A DNA stretch of 64,000 nucleotides, taken from NCBI GenBank assembly GCA_965262425.1, contig OZ253536.1:4944412-5008411 (forward strand). The letters run 5' to 3'. The position numbers and the translations under genes were made by a program. Origin of the DNA: Terriglobia bacterium (GTDB lineage Bacteria > Acidobacteriota > Terriglobia > 20CM-2-55-15). The notes beneath the pieces are model-generated. The model was not told where the DNA came from, did not search any database, and saw only the letters and a list, made by a program, of their open reading frames with translations. Below are positions 1 through 8,866 of the stretch, piece after piece. How positions within the stretch are numbered: position 1 is the first letter of the stretch; the number at the start of each line of letters is the position of its first letter.

Positions 1-2059
1 CGGTAGTGTACGAAATGGTCACCGGGAAGAAGGCATTTGAGGGTGCGAGTCAGGCGAGTCTGGTCGGGGCGATCATGAACTCGCAGCCGCAGTCGATGTC
101 AGCTCTGGAGGCGATGACACCCCCCGCGTTCGACTATTTGGTACGGACTGCTCTGGCGAAAGACCCGGACGACCGCTGGCAGACAGCACATGACCTCATG
201 GGGCAGATCAAGTGGATCGTTGAAGGAGGCACGCAGGTCGGCATTCCAGCCCCCGTTTCAGTTCAGCGGCGCAAGAAGGACAGGCTGGCTTGGAGTATGA
301 CGGCCTTGTTGGCTCTCTCGACGCTCGGCTTCGGAATCTTGAGCCTCGCACTCCTGAATGTCGAACCTCCATCAACGACCCGCCTCTCCGTCACAGTGCC
401 CGAAGAGTTTCCGCTAGCCATTGGGGGCACTCCCAAACAGAGCTTAGCAATATCGCCGGACGGCCAGCGTATCGTCTACAAGGGCCGAAACCCGGACGGT
501 CAGAACCAACTCTACAGTCGATTCTTGGACCAATTGGTGGTCGAGGCACTGCCCGGCACAGAGGGCGCTTCTCAGCTCTTCTTCTCGCCCGGTGGGGACT
601 GGGTGGCTTTCTTTACCAGAACCGGGGAGCTCAAGAAACTGCGGCTGGATGGCGGTAGTCCCGTGACGATAGCCGCCGGGATTCCAAACAGTTTATTTAG
701 TTTCGGCAGTTGGTACAAAGACGAGACGATTGTCTTTGCCGGAGGCCGCGGTCCACTTCAGCAAGTGTCAGCGGAAGGCGGTTCGCCGCCCACTCCACTG
801 TCAACGCTGGATGCGACGGAGGGTGAAACCAGGCATTCGTATCCGATGTTCATCCGTGAAACCGGAGACGTTCTCTTCACTGTTATTTCTTCCGATCGCG
901 CAGACCGAGTCGAGGTCATAAGGCGGGACACCCTGGAACGTTTCTATATGGTCGATGGCCGGGCCGCGACGGTTACGGAATCGGGACATCTCTTGTTCAA
1001 CAACAGAGAAAGCGCCCTGATGGCCGTACCGTTTGACGCTGCGGGCCGGCGTGTCACGGGTCCTGTGCAACCGCTCCCAGAGTCTGTAGCAGTAGACGGC
1101 CTCCGAGGGGTTTTCCAATTGGCGGCATCGGAGTCGGGAACGATCGCCTACGTCCCTGCCTTTGACCTTCCCCGCACACTTGGATGGGTGGATCGAACCG
1201 GAGTCTTTGCTGAACTCGGTCCTGTTCCACCGAAGTCCCTCCTATCCGGGCTCTCACCGGAAGGTGACACAGCACTGATCGATGTGTTGGGAAGAAACGA
1301 GATCCTCTTGTTTGATCTGCTGCGCGGCATCCCAACCCCAATACACGCGCGGGAAACGGGTATGAACCGACCCCGGTGGCATCCTGACGGGCAACAGATC
1401 ACGCTTGGCGGACGGCGTATTTCCCTCTGGGACATCGACAGCGGTACGGAGAGTGATCTGATCGAGGAGGGGAACGTTGGGAAGCGTCTGGGCTCCTGGT
1501 CTTCCGATGGTGGCACCCTGGCGTATACGTCCTTTAGCCCTCAAGAGAACATTTATGCCGTGACACCGGGTGAGGGAGAACCGCAGCCTGTCGTGGCTAC
1601 TGATGCCCGCGAGTTCAGCCCGGTGATATCACCTGACGGAGAGTGGATAGCTTACGTATCTGATCAGACGGGGCTGGTAGAAGTGTGGGTGGCCCGGTTC
1701 CCTGACGGAACTGGTCAAACGCTGATTTCCGATGGTGGCGGTGACGGTCCCTCTGGAGCCGGGACGGGCGGGAATCGTTCTTTAAGGACAGAGCCGAGGA
1801 ACCCCACAGCTTGATGGTTGTGACGATTTCAGTGGCCGATGGACTCAGAATCGGAGAGCCTCAAGTGCTATTCCCAGTGGATAATCCTTCCGAGAACGAG
1901 AGATTCATAATTGGGGGAAACCAAGGGCCTAATTACGATACTTCACCAGACGGCAGCCGCTTCCTCATGATCAAAGTGCCCTTTCCGGCACTGACTGAAA
2001 TCATCGTTGTCCAAAACTGGTTTGAAGAGTTGAAACGTCTGGTCCCGGCTGACAACTAA
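1..2059 (+). pseudogene. Ser/Thr protein kinase with TolB-like beta-propeller C-terminal region; paralog 1, 5'-partial, apparent frameshift
   Basis: ORF 6..1814 carries the end of a kinase domain, a TM segment and propeller repeats. The frame switches near 1738-1745 (WSRDG continues in frame 2). The C-terminus continues in ORF 1811..2059 and ends with NWFEELKRLVP, as does the intact paralog at 8867..11500. Confidence 0.6.
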
Positions 2060-2061
2060 CA

Positions 2062-4743
2062 ATGACCCCTGGCACCCAACTCGGCAGCTACGAGATCCTC
2101 TCACCGCTCGGTAAGGGTGGGATGGGCGAAGTCTGGCGTGCGAAGGACTCCAAGCTCGGGCGTGAAGTCGCCATCAAGACCCTCCCTTGAGGAGTTCGCA
2201 CAGGACGAAGAACGCCTTGCCCGGTTTGGGCGTGAAGCCAAGCTGCTGGCGTCGTTGAACCATCCGAACATCGCTGCCATCTACGGCCTCGAAGAAGACG
2301 ACGGCACACGGTTCCTCGTCCTCGAACTCGTCGAGGGCGACACGTTGGCTGAGCGGCTGAAGCGCGGGGCCATCCCGGTTGAAGAATCCCTCACACTCGC
2401 ACTCCAGATCGCCGAAGCCCTCGAAGCCGCGCATGAGAAAGGTGTGATTCACCGGGACCTCAAGCCCCTGAACATCAAGATCACGCCCGAGGGCAAGGTG
2501 AAGGTGCTGGACTTCGGGTTGGCGAAGGCGTTCGCGGGTGATGGGTCGGATGTGAACCTGTCGCAGTCGCCTACGTTGAGCATGGCGGCCACCGAGCAGG
2601 GAGTGATTCTGGGGACTGCGGCGTACATGAGCCCCGAACAGGCCCGTGGCGTCACGGTAGACAAACGCGCCGACATCTGGACGTTCGGGTGTGTTCTGTA
2701 CGAGATGCTCACGGGCCGCCAGGTGTTCAAGGGCGAGTTGATGTCGGACGTGATGGCGTCCGTATTGAAGTCGGACCCCGACTACAAGGGTTTGCCGCCG
2801 ACTATTCATCCGCAACTACGAGCGGTCTTGCGTCGATGTCTGGAGAAGGAGCCGAAGCAGCGGTGGCATGACGTTGGTGACGTGCGGGTGGAGTTGGAGC
2901 AGGTATCAGCGGACCCGAGCGGGACGTTGGTCTTGCCGGTCGCTGATGTTGCTCATGCTGCACCGCAATCGAAACTACGCTGGGTCGCTGCGATGGTTGT
3001 AGTGGCGTTCATCGCCAGCGTTGCCGCCTGGACCCTGAAACCAGTCCCACCCCGTCCGGTGAGTCGCCACAGGCATGATCTCCCCGAGGGGATCGCCTTC
3101 AGAAATTCCGGTGTGAACGCCATCGCCGTGTCACCGGATGGCCAATACTATGTCTACAACGGCACCGGTGGACTCTATCTGCGATCCAGGAACGAACTGG
3201 AAGCCAGCTTGATCGCAGGAACCGAAGGCGATGTGACCAACCCGTTGTTCTCCCGCGACAGCGAGTGGGTGGGTTTCTGGAACCGGGAAGGCCGGATCGA
3301 AAAGATCGCCATCAATGGCGGCACGCCGATTCCAATCGGTCCTGCCCCCGATAATCCAAACGGAATTAGCTGGGGGGCGGACGACATCGTTCTCTTTTCC
3401 CAATCCGACGGGATCTATAGCGTCTCGGCCAACGGCGGCACGCCGGAACTTGTCATTGAGGCCCGGGACGGTGAACTGTTGGGCAAACCCACGTTCCTGC
3501 CCAGCGGGCGGGAAATCCTGTTCACCGCAGGTCCCGGACGTGGTCAGTGGGACGACGGCGAAATCGTCGTCGCGTCGTTGGACGCACCCGAGGATCGAAC
3601 GGTGGTGTGGAACGGAAGCGCGGCCAGCTACGCACCGACCGGACATTTGATCTACGCTCTGGCCAATGACCTGTTTGCGATCGCATTTGATCCAGACACG
3701 CTGGAAACCTCCGGGACAGCGGTGTCATTAGAACAGGGACTGGCGAGGGCGGGATTCACTGTTATTAATGATACTGCGAACTACGGGATGTCTGAGGACG
3801 GTTCACTGGTGTACCGGGTGGGCCGTGGGTCAATTCGCCAGCGAATCCTGGTATGGGGGACTCCGAAGGCAACGAGACGCCGGTGGGCGCGCCGATTGAT
3901 GATTACCGTTGGACCTCGGTTTCCCCGGACGGGAGTCGCGTGGCTCTGACGATCTCCGATGGCACACAGATTGACATCTATATTTGGAACTTCGCCCGCC
4001 AGACCATGACCCGGTTGACGTTCGATGAAGCAAACGACGGCAGTCCGATTTGGACGCCGAACGGTGAACAGATCATCTTCCGATCTCTGCGGGACGGTTC
4101 GGGCAACATTTACCGCAGACGCGCCGACGGAACCGGAACCGTGGAACAACTCACCGAAGGCACCGGCAATAGGTTTCCTCAATCCTTGTCGTCGGACGGG
4201 GCGACTCTGGCGTTCGCCCAAACCGGCGGGACCACCGGGAATGACATTCTTATGCTGGACCTCGGCTCAGGCACGTCTGGTGAAGCAAACCGGGAACCTG
4301 TGATGTGGTTGCAGACGGAGTTCAACGAGGGGTTTCCGATGATTTCTCCCGATGGACAATGGGTCGCCTACTTTTCCAATGAGTCGGGACGCGCCGAGAT
4401 CCATGTACGGCCGTTTGCCGATGCGGGTCAATGGCAGGTGTCGAGGGACAGGGGCAGCAACCCCCTGTGGTCGCCCGACGGCCAGTGGCTGTACTACCGT
4501 CTCGCTGGTCCGGGAGTCGTCAACCCCCAGATGATGCGGGTCGCCATTGACGCGGATACGGCGTTTCGGTTCGGCAACCCGGAACCCCTGCTTGACTATC
4601 CCATCACTGGTGCGGGGATCTCACCCGATGGCCGCTTCCTGCTGATTAGGGATGTCGAAGTCGAAACCGAACCCTTCCGCCCCCACATCATCACCGTCCT
4701 GAACTGGTTCGAAGAACTGAAAGAACGGGTGCCGGTCCCGTAA
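2062..4743 (+). pseudogene. Ser/Thr protein kinase with TolB-like beta-propeller; paralog 2 with two frame disruptions
   Basis: ATG at 2062 gives [29 protein letters not shown], then an in-frame TGA at 2188. The kinase domain (HRDLKPLN, DFG, APE) continues in ORF 2117..3949. A second shift sits at the G5 run 3855-3859, and ORF 3853..4743 ends in NWFEELKERVPVP. It is collinear with the intact 877-aa paralog. Confidence 0.65.
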
Positions 4744-4820
4744 GCGGCCCGGATCTGCACTCCAACTCCCGATAACTCGCTGACACGGACAAGTGGCTGA
4801 TCTTCGATTAAACTGTTTTT

Positions 4821-5033
4821 ATGCGTGATGCGTACACGGCTGTCGTCAAGCATTCCGGTTCCTGGTGGGTCGGATGGATCGAGGAAGTTCCAGGAGTGAA
4901 CTGTCAAGAGTCGACGAAGCCGGAACTGATGGAGTCATTGAGAATGACGCTTCGTGAAGCTCTTGACTTCAACCGCCGTGAGGCACACGAAGCGGCTGGC
5001 GAGGACTTCGAGGAAGCACCGATCGACGTGTGA
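4821..5033 (+). CDS. hicB: HicB-family antitoxin
   Basis: The 70-aa protein YTAVVKHSGSWWVGWIEEVPGVNCQESTKPELMESLRMTLREALDF is a typical HicB/UPF0150 fold. Its stop overlaps the start of the downstream hicA-like ORF (GTGTGA). Confidence 0.75.
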   Translation: MRDAYTAVVKHSGSWWVGWIEEVPGVNCQESTKPELMESLRMTLREALDFNRREAHEAAGEDFEEAPIDV

Positions 5034-5219
5034 AGCGCCGGGCGCTGGTCGGTCATCTTCGTCGCCACGGATGCGAATTGCTTCGTGAGGGAGCACGGCA
5101 TTCCTGGTGGCATCACACAGTCAAGAACACTCGGTCCCGCTGTTCCCCGTCACAACGAAATCGACGACGGCTTGGCTCGTAAGATCTGCAAGGATCTCGG
5201 CATCCCACCTCTCAAATAG
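5030..5219 (+). pseudogene. hicA: HicA-family toxin, frameshifted
   Basis: A GTG start overlaps the hicB stop. The N-terminus VKRRALVGHLRRHGCELLREGARHSWW is in one frame. The C-terminus TLGPAVPRHNEIDDGLARKICKDLGIPPLK is in the +1 frame, ending with TAG at 5217. The shift lies near 5110-5125. Confidence 0.6.
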
Positions 5220-5277
5220 CCGGCGCCATTTGGCCACATGCCCGGGTCGCCGTCACGGAAGAGTGAATCGACCAGGG

Positions 5278-5559
5278 CTAGCGATACGCTTCTCGCCGAT
5301 GTCTGATCGCAACAATGTCGACGACTCGTTCTTGATCGTGGAGGGCGTACAAGACCCGATAATCACCAGAGCGCATCCGCCATAGATCCGTTGCTCCCTT
5401 GAGTTTCCGGACGCCCCGTGGGTGGGGATTCTTTGCCAACTTCTCGATTTTCGTGAGGATTCGCTCGCGGAGCGAGCAAAGACAAACCGCCCTGTCAGCC
5501 ACGTGATCGCCGACTGGTTCGCTTGGATAGGCGTTTCTTGACGGATTCCAAGGATTCAC
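5278..5559 (-). CDS. RelE/ParE-family toxin (N-terminal region uncertain)
   Basis: The C-terminal two-thirds, RERILTKIEKLAKNPHPRGVRKLKGATDLWRMRSGDYRVLYALHDQERVVDIVAIRHRREAY, matches the RelE/ParE core. The N-terminal ~35 residues of the ORF do not look RelE-like. An alternative frame upstream (5480-5630) encodes ...ESLESVKKRLSK, so there is either a frameshift or a small upstream antitoxin ORF. Confidence 0.5.
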   Translation of the reverse strand: MNPWNPSRNAYPSEPVGDHVADRAVCLCSLRERILTKIEKLAKNPHPRGVRKLKGATDLWRMRSGDYRVLYALHDQERVVDIVAIRHRREAYR

Positions 5560-5687
5560 GAGGTTCGTGTCGTCGTGACTCCGCTACGGCACGATCATAG
5601 AAGTCTTCCCACAAATCCGATGCGTAGTCAAAGAAGGTCACGGTTTCAATGCTGGAGATCCTTGCCTACAACACGTAGAGTAGAGTA

Positions 5688-5978
5688 ATGCCGAGCCGAG
5701 AAGATATTCTGGCCACCCTGCGGGAGCAGCGCGAGATCCTCAGCCGCCGTTATCCTATCCAGCGCCTGGCCCTGTTCGGCTCTTGGGCACGTCGAGAAGC
5801 CGACGAGAATTCTGACGTCGATGTTCTGGTTGAGGTCGATCCTTCCATAGGATTGCGTTTCGTGGAGCTGGCCGAGGAGCTTGAACGAGCGTTGGGGCAA
5901 CCCGTCGATCTGGTTTCTCGTAGGGCGATCAAGCCTTCCTATTGGGCAAAGATCGAGCCTGAACTGATTGATGCCTAA
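5688..5978 (+). CDS. mntA: MntA-type minimal nucleotidyltransferase (antitoxin of HEPN/MNT pair)
   Basis: It has the GS-X9-DxD nucleotidyltransferase motif (LFGSWARREADENSDVDVLVE). It overlaps the downstream HEPN gene by 11 nt. Confidence 0.85.
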   Translation: MPSREDILATLREQREILSRRYPIQRLALFGSWARREADENSDVDVLVEVDPSIGLRFVELAEELERALGQPVDLVSRRAIKPSYWAKIEPELIDA

Positions 5979-6303
5979 ACGCCACCCGGATCTGCTCGTC
6001 TCGGATATTCTCGAGGCGATCCGAAAGATCGAACGGTATCTTGCCGGTATCGATCGGATATCGTTTCTTCAGGATGAGAAGACTGTTGATGCCGTTGTCC
6101 GCAATCTGGAGGTGATCGGAGAAGCGTCGCGGAAATTGCCAGACGACTTCACTTCCCGCCATCGCGAGGTGCCGTGGCGACAGATTGCCGGGCTTCGAAA
6201 CCGAATCGTTCACGACTATTTCGGCTTGGATTTGGAAATCATCTGGCAGGTCGTCAAAGATGATCTTCCGTCCTTCAAGAAACAGCTGGAAACTCTGGAG
6301 TGA
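5968..6303 (+). CDS. hepT: HepT-type HEPN (DUF86) toxin
   Basis: It carries the R-X4-HXY HEPN motif (RNRIVHDY). The size is 111 aa and it is paired with mntA. Confidence 0.85.
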   Translation: MMPKRHPDLLVSDILEAIRKIERYLAGIDRISFLQDEKTVDAVVRNLEVIGEASRKLPDDFTSRHREVPWRQIAGLRNRIVHDYFGLDLEIIWQVVKDDLPSFKKQLETLE

Positions 6304-6622
6304 GCTTGCATGGATGTTGCCAATCCAATGAAGATTGCGAGATTCACGTATGGTCTCACAGGCCTCGAATCCACCCGGACCGTATGGTCGCTAACCGGAC
6401 AAGTCAAAACTGCCGCCTGAGGATCTGGCAGATGTACGAGTACGTTTACCAACCGAGTGGCCATGCGACAGCCGTTTCGGAAGAGCAGGTCGGTCGATGT
6501 TGAATGAGGCCCGGCCAGTGGGCATTTGAGTCGAATTCAACCCCATTGTTAAGCAAGTTCTATTTTCGCATTGTTGAAATTGGCGAGGTGTTGACGGTGT
6601 CTTGTGGTATATATACCGTCAG

Positions 6623-7009
6623 ATGAAGAAGAAAAAGATATGGCTTGAGTTGAATCAGGTAAAGGGAGCCGCTGCTTCGCGACTGCGAAGGCGGAAGTAC
6701 AGCCTGATCGAGCGCCATGAGATACCCGACGGTTTGCTGCCTGGCTCGGTGTCGATTAGTTACACCCGGTGCGGTAAGCCGACGTGCCGGTGTGTGTCGG
6801 GTGAAGGCCACCCATCCTGGTCCTGGACATTCATGATGGACGGGAAGAAGCATGTCGAACACGTTCCAGCCGCCATGGTTGAGGAGATTCAGAAGCGTGT
6901 CGGAGCGGGACGGGAGTTTCAGGATGCGATCCGGGAGGTGCTGACAGCGAACGCGAAGTTGGTGGTGTTGGAGCGCCAGCAACAACGTGAGAAGCGGAAG
7001 CGACGGTGA
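6623..7009 (+). CDS. IS-associated small basic zinc-ribbon protein (CGKPxCxC motif, DUF6788-like)
   Basis: It has the motif YTRCGKPTCRCVSGEGHPSWSWTFMMDGKK. It is 4 nt-overlapped with the downstream transposase. A homologous small ORF sits at 22008..22392 in front of a second transposase. Confidence 0.6.
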   Translation: MKKKKIWLELNQVKGAAASRLRRRKYSLIERHEIPDGLLPGSVSISYTRCGKPTCRCVSGEGHPSWSWTFMMDGKKHVEHVPAAMVEEIQKRVGAGREFQDAIREVLTANAKLVVLERQQQREKRKRR

Positions 7010-8199
7010 GAGGTCCGTCGGCCGGAGGGATTCGACGGTATGCGCGAAAGTGTTTGCGGCTGAAGGGGTATTTGAATCAACCCGGAGATGGACGGGTGCG
7101 ACCGCAGATCGGAAGCGGGCATCTGATCTGGTCTCTAGTGATCGGGTATCTGCTACGGGAGTCGAGCTTCCTGGCCATCGAGTCGCTCGCACGATCCTCG
7201 GCGTGTAGGGCCTTGGGAATCGGACGCCGCTTTAGCGACGACACGCTGGGCTATTTCACCGAGAAGCTGGATCCGGAATTCACGCGCGGCGCTTTGATCA
7301 CCGCCATCAAGCAGGCCAAGCGCAATAAAGCGTTCGACGATTGCCGCTTCATCGGCCTGGCGCTGGACGGGACGACCGTGGGGCGTGTCCGTGAGGCCGG
7401 GTGTCGTTGGTGTCGTCCCCACCGCAACGCCGAGGGGGAGGTGACCACCTACTTGCACCACGTCGTGATGGCCACCATCGTGGGTACCGGGCTGACTCTA
7501 CCGGTCGATGTGGAACCCTACGGCAGTGGGGATAGCGAATGGGCCGGGGGTAAACGACTGCTACGTCGGGTAGTGGGGCAGTTGGGGCCGCGGTTTGCCG
7601 ATTATGTTGTTGTCGATGGCGGATATGCGGCCGCGCCGTTCCTGCACCTGGCCGACGAGTTGGGATTGAAGACCATCGTCCGGCTCAAAGCCAATCTTCC
7701 GAGCTTGTTCAACGCCGCCAAAAGTCGGTTCGCTTGTCGGCCGCCGTCCCGGGTCTTCAAGGATGGAGCCGATCGGGTGGAAATCTGGGACGCGGACGAC
7801 TTCGATCCCTGGGACCGACTGAACTGGTCGACCGTGCGCGTGATCCGCTACCGGCAAGAGAAACCCAATGGATCGGTGGTCGAAGCCTACTGGCTGACCA
7901 ATTTCTCGATGAACCAAGTGGGAGCGCCCACTTTATTTCGCATGGCCAAGAGTCGTTGGGAAGTCGAAAACCAAGGTTTCAACGATGCCAAGAATCGTTA
8001 TGGGATGGCCCACATCCCCCATCACCACGCCAACAGCTTACTTCTGCACTGGCTCCTCATAATCCTGGCCCTCACGATCGAACGTCTGTATCGATTGCGC
8101 CATTTGCATCGGGGGCGCCATCACCCCCGTACCTCCATCGAGCTCCTTCGTTTGCTTCGCCTCGCTCTGCCTGCTCCAACCCCAGCCGACTCCAGCTGA
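7006..8199 (+). CDS. DDE transposase, IS4 superfamily (DDE_Tnp_1-like)
   Basis: The 397-aa protein has the C-terminal SRWEVENQGFNDAKNRYGMAH signature typical of IS4/IS5-type DDE transposases. Confidence 0.8.
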   Translation: MRGPSAGGIRRYARKCLRLKGYLNQPGDGRVRPQIGSGHLIWSLVIGYLLRESSFLAIESLARSSACRALGIGRRFSDDTLGYFTEKLDPEFTRGALITAIKQAKRNKAFDDCRFIGLALDGTTVGRVREAGCRWCRPHRNAEGEVTTYLHHVVMATIVGTGLTLPVDVEPYGSGDSEWAGGKRLLRRVVGQLGPRFADYVVVDGGYAAAPFLHLADELGLKTIVRLKANLPSLFNAAKSRFACRPPSRVFKDGADRVEIWDADDFDPWDRLNWSTVRVIRYRQEKPNGSVVEAYWLTNFSMNQVGAPTLFRMAKSRWEVENQGFNDAKNRYGMAHIPHHHANSLLLHWLLIILALTIERLYRLRHLHRGRHHPRTSIELLRLLRLALPAPTPADSS

Positions 8200-8390
8200 A
8201 CCGCCTCGATTCCCCGGTCTCCACGCGCCTGCCTGACCCAAATCACCGGGCTGGACCCGCTACGGTTACCTGTCGCTCGAAATAAGCCGCACTTCAAATT
8301 CGTCTCCCTCGCCAACCTTTTCCCTTCCAGAGCCCCTTCCATACACTCCGCCCTCCCTGACTTCCGAAATGGCTGGCAGAGTGAGTGGAT

Positions 8391-8433
8391 GATTGCATCC
8401 AACTCCCTCCTTTCGTATCCTTTACGGAGTTCT
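8391..8433. repeat. 44-bp direct repeat copy A (gattgcatccaactccctcctttcgtatcctttacggagttct)
   Basis: It is ~85% identical to 8794..8837. Confidence 0.7.
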
Positions 8434-8793
8434 GGCCGGCGCTTGTTGGTGTCTGTTACACCAGGGTATTTCTCCGACCCGGAAACCGACGAGTACCGCC
8501 GCATCAACGTCATCCTGAACACGGAGCCATCATGGCGGCAAACGTTCTCAGTAGTTCGACCGCAGTCCAGGTGAGCGTCAGCAATGCGGGGAATGTTATC
8601 GGTCCACAAAGACCTTGCAGGGAAGATTAACGCCTTACGAGAGCAGTATCGGGAACATGACGAGATCATCAACGAGATACTCGCGGCCATCAGCGAACTG
8701 GCCAGACCACCGGGAGTGCAATCCGGCCAGCAGATCGGATTCGTTTCACCCGATTGAGTTCATCCATCCCCGAGGGGCCCCGAGGGGTTGTTT

Positions 8794-8837
8794 GATTGAC
8801 CCCAACTCCCGCCTTTCGTATCATCTACGGAGTTTTT
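8794..8837. repeat. 44-bp direct repeat copy B, 30 nt upstream of kinase paralog 3 start codon
   Basis: The sequence is gattgaccccaactcccgcctttcgtatcatctacggagttttt. It is preceded by a tandem CGAGGGG CCCGAGGGG duplication. Confidence 0.7.
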
Positions 8838-8866
8838 CGGGGGTCGCCCCAAGAGACACCTAAACG

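Larger units (their letters stand above)
6560..8440 (+). mobile_element. IS4-superfamily insertion sequence unit (small zinc-ribbon ORF + transposase); ends not resolved
   Basis: A two-gene unit lies between the hepT stop and the upstream region of kinase paralog 3. No terminal inverted repeats could be confidently identified by eye. Confidence 0.45.

Noticed and set aside
8592-8759. 55-codon ORF MLSVHKDLAGKINALREQYREHDEIINEILAAISELARPPGVQSGQQIGFVSPD with protein-like sense
   Set aside because: It has no RBS or homology that I can assert, and its third-position GC is low for this genome. It is possibly a remnant of a disrupted gene between the IS and kinase 3, and is not reported as a feature.
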